Assembly: GCA_905178155.1 (NCBI GenBank)
Contig: CAJINV010000002.1
Span: 5,451,709 to 5,515,708 of the forward strand
Length of the DNA: 64,000 nt
Direction: 5' to 3'
DNA from: Amoebophrya sp. A120
Taxonomy: Eukaryota > Protista > Dinoflagellata
A program made the translations under genes and the position numbers. How positions within the stretch are numbered: position 1 is the first letter of the stretch; each line of letters opens with the position of its first letter. The notes under the pieces were generated by a model. That model did no database searches. It was not told the DNA's origin and saw only the letters and a list, made by a program, of their open reading frames with translations. Positions 49,590-62,558 of the stretch are shown piece by piece.

Positions 49590-52500
49590 ATGATGATGAA
49601 GATGAATGCCCCGCCAGTACTAGAAGATGCTGAAGACGAACAACCTCGACACCTCCAAGCGGGATTGCTCCAGCGCCTAACGAACAAAATGACAGCGACC
49701 TCCACCCCGGCGAAACTCACCCCACAACCGACCCCAGCCGCGGACTCTGCCGGCGCGGGGGGCAGTGGTTCCATTTTTTCGTGGTCCCCAGGTAGAAACA
49801 AGAACACTTTCACTAGTGAAAGAACGCCTAGAAGTGCAGCTGGCAAAAGAACCCTCTTCGGCCGCAACTCCAACAACTTGCCAGGAGCTGCTGCTGCTGA
49901 TCTTCTTCCCAGCGCTTCTTGTAATTCTATCGCGGACCGAGAACAACAAGACCGAGACCCTCATGCATCTCCAGGTCACGACCCTCTTCACGCTGCTGGC
50001 CCGCGTGACCACAGCAGCCCCAGTTTTTGCCGGCGTCGGTTCTCGGGGGCTGGGTTGGAAGCTACTTCCACCGTGAAAAAGAAGATGATCAGCCGGAACA
50101 AGATGTCTACTAGTTCAGGTTCCCCAGCATCGAACAAGATGAAGAGGAGGGCAAGTAGATTCACGGCGTTTGGTGCAGCTGGAAAAAGACTACTTGGTGC
50201 CGTATCAAATGTAAAAATGTCTGGGTCTGGAAGATTCTGAGACTTGTCGTGCATGTTTTGCCTGGGCTATGATGTCTGTGATGCATGCCCTAGCATCACA
50301 GATTTTTTGAGGGCTTCGCGATGCCTATTGCGCATGACAAATGCCCTCTCCGCGTAGAAGAAATTGCACTCTCTTTGCTGCTCATGCAATACAGATTTTT
50401 TAATTTTTTGGAATCCAAATTCAGCATCACGAGTTGCATTCTTCGAGACCCAGAGACTTTTACATTTGATATGCCGGAATAACGAGCAATAGTAATGAAG
50501 AACAGGACAGTGACAAAGAAGATGAAGATGTGGATGACGTCAGCAGCCGCGGGAGTAGTTCTTGCTGTAGTGAAGATGATCTGCAACTTCACGAAGATGA
50601 TGAGGAGCGAGGCAACTCCACAAAAAGCCCCCCTGCATCAAAATTTTGGTTCTTCTCCCTCTTTGGAAACATGTTTCCTTTTCAACAGACGAAGAACAGC
50701 AACCGGAAAGAAGGTGACCGGCACGACGCGAACGTCGAAAAGCTAGTCTGCGAAGACGTGAAAAGTGATGCGAAGTTGGAAAACGGTTTTGGAGAAGGAG
50801 ATCTCCTTAGAAGTAAAAATATGGACGACGACGTCCGCAACCACGAGGACCACATTGAAGGTCGCGACTACAACAGCATTCATGGACAAGCCGATATTAT
50901 CACAGAGGACGACTCGTCTTCGTCAGAAATGAAACAAGAAGACCTGCAAATCCTGATGTACAACCACTATCCAAAGAAGTCCTGGGGCGCCTATGCGCTG
51001 GCGCAACTCCAGAAGCCGCGCCTTTCCCGTCGCTTGGATGTGTTTACGACGAGTAGTACTTCTCCTTCTCCAGATGCGGTGGACCTGAACCCCCACGTCG
51101 ACTTTTCTGACAATGACACCGGTACTAGCTGGAAGCCGGCGCCAGTACCAAAAGTAGAACATGGCACAGACCAGAAGAACTGGGGCGCGTGGCTGCTCGG
51201 AACAAAAAAAGCGACGGAGGTTAAGAGAAAAGAGAAAATGATGAAGATTGCGGGAGATGAAACAGTTGTTGTTACCAGAACCGGTACAGATACGAAAGAT
51301 CAAAGGAAAGACTCAGTGGCCCGATTTGCTGGCCCGAAAGGAGTAGAAAACGACACGACCGTTCTTGGAGGGCCACTACTACAACACTCGGCAATTACTA
51401 CCACGCCTCTACTGCCGGTTCTTGTTCCCAGCAACAAGTCGCTGAAGGACAGCATGGTGCAGCGGCCTACCTTCCCGGGCTATCGCTCGACGTGCTCGGA
51501 GGACCATTCCGATGATTTCCCTTCCGAGGACGAGGAGGACTCCGACGTGGAAACCGACTCAGAAATTCTGGAAGAAATGCTTCTCGACTACGAAGACGAT
51601 GAAGCATGTGATTTAGGAACTGCAGGACTTCTCACTGACGAGGACTCGGATAGTTCCTCCAATCCAGACAGCGAGGGGGACCGTGAAGTCGAACAACAGG
51701 ACGACGACGGGGACGGAGCAACAGGCGCTACAAGGAAAAGCTCGTCCTGCTTCCGAGGTATGAACGAAACGTCGTCGTCAAAAACGGGTTCTTCAATATT
51801 CAAAAAATTCTCGAAAAGAAATACCGGCACAGCAATGATTAAGAAGTGGAAAACCTACCTCGCAAAACTGCTCACCCTGCAGTACTACCGAAGAAAGTGG
51901 AACTTTTTGAACAAGGTCTGCGCCGAAGTAGAATTCTTCTATCTGCAAGAAAAACACAACCTGGCTGCGGAGATGAAGACCGATAGTACCGACCAGATGA
52001 ACTTCGATTATTTGAATAAACGAGCGGGAACTACATCAACTTCTAAAAACACCCTGCGGGCCCCTGCTGTTGAAGAACAACATCTACTTTTTTGTGATCC
52101 AGAACGAGTCGTCGACGTTAACTCGCTGAGTTGCTTTGCCATTTGGCGGAAAATCTTATCCCGGCAGGTCCGGATAATGGGGGAGAGGCGGTACAACAAC
52201 CACAGTTACGCGCCTTTATTGCGGGAGAAGAACGACAGGACGAAGCAAGGGGCAGAAGCGTCCCGCGGCCCGCAGCAAGGCTGGGATGTTTCACTGTCAT
52301 CATCTTGTCGAAGTCTCGAGATGAAAAGAATGTGGCAGGAGCGGACGAGGCGGCTTTTGATGTGCATTCTGGTTTTTCTTTTTGTCGCGGTCGCGATTCT
52401 ATTGCTACTATTTCCCTCGTCCACGGCCGCTCCTCCAGTTGCGTTGGTCAAAGATGTGATGCTCACCAGCGTTCCCTCCCTCTACTCGCTGTTTTTGTCC

Positions 52501-55155
52501 GGCACTTCTACAATCTTCACGCTCGAGCACGACGCAAGCCTGCACAGAGAGGACAACTACATCCGCGACGCGCAGCCGCGGTTTGGCGACGAATTTCCCG
52601 GGCAGTTGTGGTCGAGGACCGTAAATAAAATCCTTGCCGGCGTCGGCGTGCAGGAAGGCGACAGCGGAAGCGGAAGCAAATACAATTTTCATCTGAACGA
52701 AGAGGAAGTAGACCATCAAGAACTCGGGTTCGATGAACACGCGTTGGACCAGCAGGAGCAGCATGCTTTCTCCCACGACCTCCACGCCGCACCATCTCTA
52801 CTATTTCCGGAAGTAGACGTTGACCTTCAACTTCATGCGGTTGTGAAAACCCTTGACATGCGGAACAACTTCTTCCAAGAAGCGCTCATTACATTCGTCT
52901 CGGACGAGGTCGTGGCACTGCAACTACAGCATTTTGATAGTAACATGAACCACACCTCCACCTCCGTTTTTCCTCCGAAGCCGCTTTTCGCCTCCGTTCC
53001 GTTTCATTTGCCGATGGACAAGGTCGTTTCGGGAGCGACCAAGAGGCAGAAAAAAACCACCTCCGCAGAGTCAGCAGTACTTCTACAAAAGGCGGTAATG
53101 CACCAAGACGACGACACTGCACGAGGACTCCCGTCTTACGAAATCCTCGAGGGCCGCGACGGAGAAGAAACTGATCAACATCTCCTCCTCTTCAGGGATT
53201 TGTTGAAGAAGAAATCCCCGGAGGAGAAGTTCCTGCAGAGAATGCGAGCGGTTGCGCCCGCCTGGTCTACTGGAATAAAGACCGAGGAGGATGAAAATGG
53301 CGAAAAAAATCTTCAAAGTCATCTTCTTACAAAACCAGCATCAAGTTTCCGTCGTGTACGACGAAAAAAGCGTAGTACCTTGGTTGACTTCAAGTTCTAC
53401 GGAATCAAGGAGGAGTTTTTATCGCTGCCACTAGGAGCAGACGTTGAAGAAGACATGCTGTTTTTATCCGACCACGGGCACCAGGACGAGTACGAAAACA
53501 ACTCCGTGGCGGAAGTAGATGCAGACACTGCCCCTTCCGACAACGACGTTTTCTTCTTCCACGCAAACGGCACCACAAGTGGTGGCCCCCACTTGGAGCA
53601 AGGTTCGGAGCCGGAAAAACTTGTGCAACACGTCGGGGACGAGCTCGCCGGGATCGCCGATGTATTAGACGAGCCGGAGTCCTCTGCTTGTTGTTCTTCT
53701 GAGACCCCGGTCGTGACCCGCATGCCAGATAATTTCATCGTAAACGAGAACGTCACGACTTGGGAAAGAAATCACCACCATCCGAACGAACGGCAGACTG
53801 ACCAAGCGACAGCTGCATCTCTCCGAGGTCGCGTTCTTGTGGTCGATCAAAATGAGAACGAACAGGAAGCCCTTGATGAGAACAAAACGCACACAGATCA
53901 TCATGATCTTCTTCCACTCGCGGAAGTCGACGCTGTCGCCTCTACTGCACCGAACACGGCCGCGCAAAGAACGGATGAAGAGGAGATACATATTCGTGTG
54001 CAAAATAACCTCACTGGTCCTGCTTCGCCGGCCAACAGGACCATGTACAAGCGCAACCAACTCACCAAAACCCGCAGAGAGGAAGTACAACGCATCACGA
54101 CCTCCTGCGAAGCACCAGGTGGACGTAATTTTGAATCGCACCCGCACGACAACAACCCCCTGGCCCTCACTCCATTGAACATCCAAATTCTACGTGGAAC
54201 CTCTTCGGGAACGAACTCCCACCTCACCTCAACCGCGGTAGGTGAGGACTTTTGGTCTTCCTACCTGCTGAAATTCGGCAGCTGGTACTTTTCGACGCGA
54301 GCAAGCAACCACTTTTCCTCTTACCAGCAACTCATTGCTTTGGCGAGGGAAAAGCGGAACTGGGTCGTAATGGGAAAGGTCGCGCAGATGACCATGGCAG
54401 TTGCTGTGCCCCCGCCGGCTTTGCAGGACGAAGACGAAAGAACCCCGAGCGGCGCTCCAGGTCGTACTGCTGCAGCTCCTCCATTCGAAGTTTCCTCGTC
54501 CTCTGGAGCTGGGCTGCTTGATCATTCTATGTCTACTACGCCAAGAGTCGCAGACGTACGGAAAATTCGTGTGCGCACCTGTCGGGCGGAAGATGATCGC
54601 GTTGACACAGGAACATCAAGTAGAAGTCTCGATAGTGCTGGTACATCAAACACCGAAGTACAGGGGTGGACGTGGACTGACGCGAAGAGCGGCGCGCAGC
54701 TACCTCACCCGACGCACTTTCACCTTATCGCGAACGACTTGTTTCACTTGGGAACGTTTCATTTTGTGGACGAGCAAGGAGAAATACCGAATCGGGAAAA
54801 ATCTGTGACTGCTCCTGGTGCGAGACAGGATTCGCCGACATCTCCTGTTGGTGTCGACGAGTCCTCTCTCGGGGTAGTTGTACCCGGCGGAGGACAAACG
54901 ACGACGACCGAGCACGACTTCTTTCTCGAGCAGGACGTGGACGAGCAGGCCTCTTCCTCTTTCGGCCCTAACCGTGAGACCAAGGAGTATAAGAATGTTG
55001 GCAAGCTGCCAGAAGAAGCAGGTGAGGATAAACGGCATCTTCTGCGCAAAGACGGACAACTGCACTCCTTGAGCTTCCGTTTCCACGGTGCCGGACCCTG
55101 GATTTGCCTTCGCGGCGTGGAGGTGTTTGTGGAGGGACCAGAAGCGGGGAGATAA
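49590..55155 (+). CDS. Large single-pass membrane protein with probable divergent C-terminal SUN (Sad1/UNC-84) domain; exons 49590-50202, 50477-55155
   Basis: Basic/acidic low-complexity N-terminus, TM helix LLMCILVFLFVAVAILLLLF, C-terminal FHLGTFHFVDEQGE and HSLSFRFHGAGPWICLRGVEVF resembling the last strands of SUN domains. The CDS is well supported; the SUN call is tentative. Confidence 0.55.
50203..50471. mobile_element. Introner family A (reverse)
   Basis: Family A TIR, TSD TGCCG. Joins ORF 49590 to ORF 50530 in frame. Confidence 0.95.
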
Positions 55156-56785
55156 CATACCACGGTCGTGGCATTGTGACTTGATTAATTGAAAATGAAT
55201 ACAATTTTTGTTGGCTAGTATGCGTTTGTAAGATAAGGATAAAATCAATATTTATTGCAATGATCGAACAGGCCAGCACCCGATTAGCAAAACCAAAATG
55301 AACTCGTGCAGACATCAGAGCACACTTTCGCTTTCTTGCAGCAAACGCAAAAAGTCGTGAACTACATAGTGAGCTGGTTTTTCTTTCCATATCAAAGAAC
55401 GAGTCTGGGCTTTTGCAGGACTAGATCCAAGTTTCTGTCCTTCAATTATGAGCTTCAATTCCACGACTTCTTGAGTGAACTCCAGCGCTTTTCGCGCGCT
55501 CGCAGTTTCAAAGGTTGCTATCCCTTTTCTGAACTAAGTAAGTCTAAGTGGCGGGTCGTTGCGCCGTTACTACTCCGTTATTTTCAACGAAGTGCTGATT
55601 TTTTGTATCAGCTCGGAGCCGATGATGTGTTGTGAACTTTTTTTGGCCGCTTTTTCCTAGAACTTCTTGCCGGCGGTAGTTTTGTATTGGAAATTCTCCT
55701 ATTTCTGTTTCGCGCAACGAAACGAGAGCAACGAGTTCATCGTTGTCACGACTTTATTCACTTCGAGCTGCACGAAATACAGCACGAAAGACTTTGATTA
55801 ACTAGCTGTTAGATAAAGCAAGCACTGAATGAATTTAGAAATGGCCGAAGTTTGCTGTCTTGAGGAGTATGGATGCTCTTGGAAGTGAAGTAGAGCAGAT
55901 GATCTTTTGGTACTATTAGCAAAGCGGCTGGTGTTCGGTTCCTGAAACATTTCCTTAGCGCCACGACTCGTCTTCCTTTGATTCTTGTCGCATTTGTCGG
56001 TCGTTTCAACATGATAATATGAGCACGGTCTTCTTCGCAGTCGTTTCGTTCAAGAGTCAACAATCGTTTTCGACCAAGCGAGCCGGTGATCGCCCAGCAT
56101 TAGGTCGCGTCACGAGAGAACCATGAGTGGCAGTTCTCGCAGCAGCAATCGTGTCGTACTGGTACATCTTTCGGGTTTTTTTCGCGCTACAAGATCTTAA
56201 TCGTGATCCCCGGACAGACACGTAGTCATGATCGTCGTGGTCTATCTTGAAACTCAAATCTCATGAAAGAAACTGCTAGATCTACTAGCGCTTCTACTAG
56301 TATAAGGACCAGCCGATCTGCGCACAGCTTCTACCAAGTTGTAGTACAAAAAGATGAGGCTTCTAGGTACCATAGACACTGTAGTTCGTCCCTTGCCGCC
56401 CGGGAAGCTGAAGCGGAGGCGTGGTCGAGCGTAGTTACACACTGGGAAGAAACGACGTCATCACCTCCAGGACGACAGAAGCGGCTGGAGAGGCCCCGTT
56501 TTCATCTCAGGCAATAAAGGTCATCCTCAGGGGCTTACCTGCTGAACTTACGCGAGGTCACGGTGCGAAATTTGAACCCCTGCCCCGACGAGCTATAGTC
56601 TCAATAAAACCTCTTCCACGGCGGTTTGATCTGAGCCAAGCAGCGCGCAAACCCGGCGATCTTCGTCGCACGCCCGACGCTGAGCTGAGTACTCCTCCAT
56701 CAACAGAGTCAACAGTCGCAACAGCAGTAAGTACGTCCTCGACCTCGACCTCGCCTGTAATTTTTTCCACCAACAAAACAGCAAG

Positions 56786-59700
56786 ATGGGCAAGAAGAAG
56801 GGGGGCAACAAGGAGAGCGGGGGCAAGAGCCTCACCGCACTCGAAGTGTACGATGAGGTCAAGATGCGGTTCGAGGTTCGCAAGCAGACGGAGCGCGTAT
56901 GCACTGCAAATGTGTCGGGGTCTGCAGGACAAGTAGAATGCAAACCTTGTGTGTCATGCAATAAAGGCAGAAATCATCATTTCATGCTTCTAGTACTATT
57001 AGTTGCAGCACACTGTGCACTCCATAAAGGTATTTTTTTCATGATGCTTCGGTAGCTACTGATGAAGTTCTGTCTCTTCCTCATGGGGTCGCATCAAGAA
57101 TGCAAATTCATTTTCTTATTCCCAGAGCCAGCCCTATTTGCACTGCATAGCATGTATCAAATGTAAAAATGTCTGGGTCTGGAAGAATGCAAGACTTGTG
57201 ATACAGGTTTTCCATGACCCATGAGGTCTGGAATGTGAGACCCAGCATGACAGATTTTGTGAGGTCTCTATTATGCCTTTCCTGCATGAGAAACTCCCTC
57301 GCAACTTGGTCAAAAGCGGACAGCTTTTGGTACTCACGCAACACAGATTTTTGCATCATTCAGATTTAGCATGACAACTTCTAACCTTCCAGACCCAGAC
57401 ATTTTTACATTTGATAGCATGGCGATTTGTACGAAACCAGCTTCAAGGACCTGAAGAAAAAGAATGAAATCCTGAAGTCGCAGTACTACTCGCAGCGCGA
57501 TACACAGGCCGACATACTGAAGACGCTGAAGACAAATTTGGAGGAACAGTATGGAAAGGTCGACAAGTACGAGATGCTCATCGAACAGCTGCACAGATCC
57601 ATGGACGACAACCAGGAGCAGATCCGCAAAGAGGCCGTGGAGAAGGACGAAATGTGGAGTCTGAAACTGCAGGAAGCACAGGCGAAGGTAATTCTTTCCA
57701 CAATCCGTATTCTTTTAGAGATATGTCCGTGTACTACATGTGCATATCCCGTGTCATGCAGTGCAAAAACTTCACACTGAAAAGTTAAAGTTTCATAAAA
57801 ACTGAATTTCCAGATCGACGATCTCCAGACGGCGCTGGAGGGCGTGAAATCCTATATCAAAAAGCGCAACGAGATATCAGATGCAAAAATGTCTAGGTGG
57901 TCTGGACGAGGTGATAGAAGCAGCATGGTCATGCTCATGGTGTGCAGGAAAGATCAAGACAATAAGCAGGCAATTTGTAAATAAGTGGCGCTGTCGCATC
58001 TCCCGCAACAGCGGTACTAGTAGGTGCTTTTCCGCAAGAACTGTACAGGCATCGTAGAGACAGTGTAGTACAGGCGAAATATTAGCTACCGTGACGAGCG
58101 CAAAATCAGCGCAAGGCTACTTCTTGGTTGCGACTACCTTGTACCAGACCTCCACTACAAATTTGCGATGCATAGATGATGCAAGAGAACCTGGAGCAGC
58201 TGGAGCAAAAACTGAAGGAAAAGGACGAACAGCGAGACAACGAGGTGGCACAGTTGGACCGAAAAAAGGCCATGGAAATAGACCAGTTGAAAAAGGATAT
58301 GCTCGCAAGGATACGAGACACCCGGGATAGCTTGAGGTGCCGTGCCAACTGTTGCAACAGACTTGAATTTGACGTATGTATGTATGTAAATGAGAAAGTC
58401 AAGTGAATTATCTAGTCGATTTTTCATCTTCGAGCTACATGTAGATGTACGACTACGATTACTTTTCTTACATAGATGTATTCCTCTACTCGCTCAAAAC
58501 AAACGGAGCAGTCTGGTCAAAAGCCAATCAACATTTGACTTGTTTTTTTCAGGCTGAAGACCAAAGAGCAGCTGGACGTGATTACGAAACGCACGATTAT
58601 GGAGAACGAGCAGATGAGCAGCGAGCTTGCGTTTCAGCGGAAGGAGGTGGAAAAAGTCGTGACCCGCTCGAAGCACTTATCCGAAGAAAACGCCAAGTTG
58701 CGGCGCAACATGGAGCTGCACACAGAATTGGAGGAGGAGCTGGCCAAGCGAACTCATGTCTACCAAAAATTGATCAAGAAACTCAACACCAAGGTACTTG
58801 TTACGATCTTGCTTCACATCAAAAGTCAGGAACTTGCACGTAGTTTTGTTCTTTTTGATCTCACCGCCCGCCGTCAAAAGTAGGAGCAGGCGAGGTTCGT
58901 TGGTGGTCGACGTGCGTGCGGTGTACTAGCACAGGAGCATGTAAGTAGTAAATTCAGTGTAGGAAGTAAATACGTAGAATGGATGGAACAAGAGTATGTT
59001 AGTCGTGTCTCTTCGACCCTGGATTTTCTACTTCCATATCACCAGATAAATCTTTTCAGCAGTGATGTACAACTCGAAAAGTATGTAAGGAGGCTTCCAT
59101 GCAGCTTACCTTTCAAAAGATTGTGCTGCGTTTCTTCGCATTTCAAACACGTTGCACACACCACTGTCAGGTCGAGGGTCTGGAGGCGAAAGTAGACGAG
59201 CTGCAGGACGAGCAGAATTACCTTAACAAGCACCAATCTGCCTCCCCGAATACAGTGGAAATGTCCGTCAACATTACCAACACCGAGATCCTCGCCTCCC
59301 CCAAGGCCTCACACGTCAACACCGCGTTGATATGATCCAGTGCACGACTAAGTTCTTTGTCGTATATCTTTAGTGCACCATAGCATATGGTGTTTGATGA
59401 ATCTACAATAAAGTCGTGGGTGTGCGTGGTATGGACATGGAAATGGAATTACGACTAAATAAGGACCTCTCGGCGTCCTGTTGCATAAGAGGACACGGGA
59501 TCCAATTCTTGCGTCCCCCTGCTTTGGCTCCAGCTTGACTTGGCCGATCTCACTCTATCTCTTGAAGCTCGCCCCACCTACATGCAGAATGGAGAGGTTC
59601 TCTATCACGCGTATTGTGCAGCAAGTGATGTACTTACTAGAAATAAAGATGTACGAAACGCAGAACTTTTGCGAAAGTGCATAACATCAAAAAGAGGCAA

Positions 59701-61183
59701 CGAGCAGAAGTGCAAAAAACAGTGCCCGGAACGCAACCGAGACCGTGACGCTGCAGAGTAACAAGATCGGAAACAATTTTGTAAATTCCGGGAACAAGCC
59801 AAGCGGATCTTCCACTTCATCCAGCAAACCTTCCGGCGCCGCGGCGAAAAAGGGTCCAGGCTACTTTAATAACCCAAACGCTAGTGCAGCGACTTCTAGC
59901 AACGGAAATAGTAAAACTAGTGCAGGCAATAATGCAGCGGCTTCGCAGCAGGCAAGGAAAGATCAAGCAAGTGGCTCTTCCCCGCGGCAGCAGAGCGATC
60001 CGCAGTCCAATGCCAGTTCGCCAGTAGACGCCGCAAAGAATCAGCAAGACGGCGCCGAGCATCAAGGGGTGCATGGGAGTGGCGGCGCAGCCACGTCGCA
60101 CAGTTCATCTTCTTCGAGTGGCAACCATAATAAACCGGCGTATTTGCCACGGGACGAGCGGGCTCTACTGCAGGCAGAAATCGAAAGCTTGCGGAGACGC
60201 TTGGAGCAGTCCACCGACGAGCTGAAAAGGTTTCGCCGGGACCACCTGGCGGTGCTGAATTTGAGTGACCACGCAACCAGAATGATCATCCTGGAGCTCT
60301 ACGAACTGAAACGGGCGATGGATGACTCGGCGACTAAAGAGGTAAGTAAGTAGTTGCAGTTTGAGTTTCGCTTTCGACGATCAACATCTGCAGCATTCTC
60401 ATTCATGATACCATGCATGTTGCTCTATCATTGAATGCGTACTTGTAGTAGTTTGTGTTGCGCAGAACAAAAATCCATATGTACTTTCTTATACCGAACA
60501 GGGGTCGCTGGACACCTTTTTCGAACGCGAAGAGCTCGCCCTGTCCGGGTTTTCGGCCAATCAGAATCCGTTCATGCTGGCGAATATGCATTGCAAAAGT
60601 ATCGTACTAGTACAAATTGCGTCACAAATTTTGGCAAGCAGAATAAAAATGGAATTTGTAATGCTGATTCATATTGGGAGTCATGCATGACTGCAATATC
60701 ACCAGTGCAAGTGCGATGCTTTTGCACTGCATAGCGAATCAGCAGCAGCAGATCATCGATCCGGGTCAGCACATCTTCACGCAGCTGACGAACAAGCAAC
60801 GGCAGTCCTTTTTCCGGTTTTTGCTTGAGAAGCTGGTGCACAAGAGGCTCGAACCGAAGACGCGCAAAGTTCTCGACGCGGTCCTCCAGCACTTCAGCAC
60901 GGCAAACGCCTCCACGCAAACCACCCCAGACCACGCGGGTGACATCGCACTGGTGCCGCCGGTGCCACGGGGGCCCCGCGCCCAAAACATGATGACGCCC
61001 CTGTACCACGACGACAAGGTGCGCATGGTGCGCGGGGAAGTCCGGCAGTGGGGGTCGAGTGCGGCCGGGAGCAGCGGCGCGGCGGTAGTTGCACCTGGCG
61101 GTCAGCACGGCAGTGGGAACAATGGTAACACCTCCTCGGTGGTTCCACGACCCGCAGCAAAGAGACGACTGGTGCTGTCCTAG
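56786..61183 (+). CDS. CFAP157: Cilia- and flagella-associated protein 157; exons ~56786-56897, 57422-57687, 57814-57874, 58180-58336, 58553-58793, 59171-59330, ~59689-60341, 60502-60584, 60739-61183
   Basis: Coiled coil with LKKDMLARIRDT...QLD.ITKRTIMENEQMSSELAFQ...ENAKLRRNMELH..LEEELAKRTHVYQKLIKKL. Four GT-AG introns plus introners. Confidence 0.82.
56898..57149. mobile_element. Introner (older, A-related), directly abutting the next element
   Basis: Ends TATGCACTGCAAATGTGTCGGGGTCTG / CAGAGCCAGCCCTATTTGCACTGCATA. Flanks GCGCG/GCATG. Confidence 0.85.
57155..57416. mobile_element. Introner family A (reverse)
   Basis: Perfect 31-bp TIR, TSD GCATG. Confidence 0.95.
57875..58174. mobile_element. 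Introner (degenerate family A)
   Basis: TATCAGATGCAAAAATGTCTAGGTGGTCTGG / CCAGACCTCCACTACAAATTTGCGATGCATA. Frame restored. Confidence 0.8.
59331..59683. mobile_element. Degenerate introner-like intron
   Basis: TATG...CTTTTGCGAAAGTGCATA termini. Element plus 5 nt restores frame. TSD not preserved. Confidence 0.45.
60585..60733. mobile_element. Introner family B
   Basis: TATGCATTGCAAAAGTATCGTAC / GTGCGATGCTTTTGCACTGCATA. TSD GCGAA. Confidence 0.92.
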
Positions 61184-62558
61184 CGCCAGCTGCTGTTATT
61201 TCCAGAAGTGTAAGTCGATAAACGTTGTATTGAGTAAAATAATGTGCAAATAATCTCCACCTTGACCTTGCTGTAGCGAAAAAAACAAAATTGAAAAGTT
61301 TCCACACTTTCAGATAGGCCTTGGCGATGTGTACGATGAATAATGCTCGTGATGAGTATTCCTGTTCTTTCTCGTGGCCGGCGAGGATGTCACTAATTAT
61401 ACCAAATTAAATACGAAACACCCATCAATGTATATGATTTAGGACGTAGATGAATGCTGAATGAATCCAATAGGTGGCAATCTGATACTACAGTATGCTT
61501 CGCTCTATGAGTCGAAGGAAGTAAAGATAATTCTGCTTTCGGAATTTTTAGGACAACATGGAAAACCAACATAAGATCAAAGAGCAAGACTGATTTTCTG
61601 CAAGAAAAAAATGTTGGCTGGTAAGAGAAGACTTCTTCATTTCCGCTTTTCTAGTAGGGCTCTCTCTTTGTACATCCATTGCTGTGTGGCGTGAATTCAG
61701 CACGTCGTGTAAATCCTATGCAATTGTGCTTTTATCTTTTACTCTCATGTCAGAATCTGAATCTCCAGAAGCAGCCACCTGGAAAGAAAACATTCTCGGC
61801 CCCGTTATTCGGTTCGGTACAACTCGAAGTCATGGCATGGTGTGCAGGGTCCTTAGAATGTTTCTTTGTGTTCTGTTTTTCTCTAAAAATCTCGAGAGAG
61901 GAGGAACTACTCAGTGAGCGCAGCTGCACGCGCTGCGTATCAGCAAGCCAAATTGGATTTGGATTGTTTTAAACAGGCACGAAGCAAAGGGGTAGATGTG
62001 CAGAGGTAGACCAAATAAGGATGATGTGGATTCACATCACTGTTTAGCACGGAGCAGATGATCTAGTTTTTCTTTTTGTGTTGATCTGCTACATTTTTTT
62101 TTGTCCTACTTAACATGAAAATCAAAATGCAATAAAGAATGGGTAGTAGATGACACACAAACATTTATCTTCTGCAGGACCCATCATATCATAGCATGCA
62201 TATTCGATCGTTGCCTTTTTTCGAAACGATCAACGTCTGACGTGTGTCCCCCCTTCTGCTCGGCAAAAGTCTATGAGTATGAAAATGAGCCGGTGTTTCG
62301 TTAAATATGGCTTGAAAGTTTCTCAAAATTTCCGTGCGCATGTACGTGATAAAGACATAACTTTTCCATAGCGCATTTCCGGTCTCGGTCTGTAGTTACG
62401 TTGAAATAGAAGTTCGTGTACATATGATGATATTCGATTTCGAAATAACGCCCGAGCTACTCTTTACTCTGCCGCTTGGAGAAGAACAAAGTGGCCATAT
62501 CTCTCGTTGGTTTTGATTTTTATACACTTGAGCTCTTGCTCCTACAGTAACGGCCACC

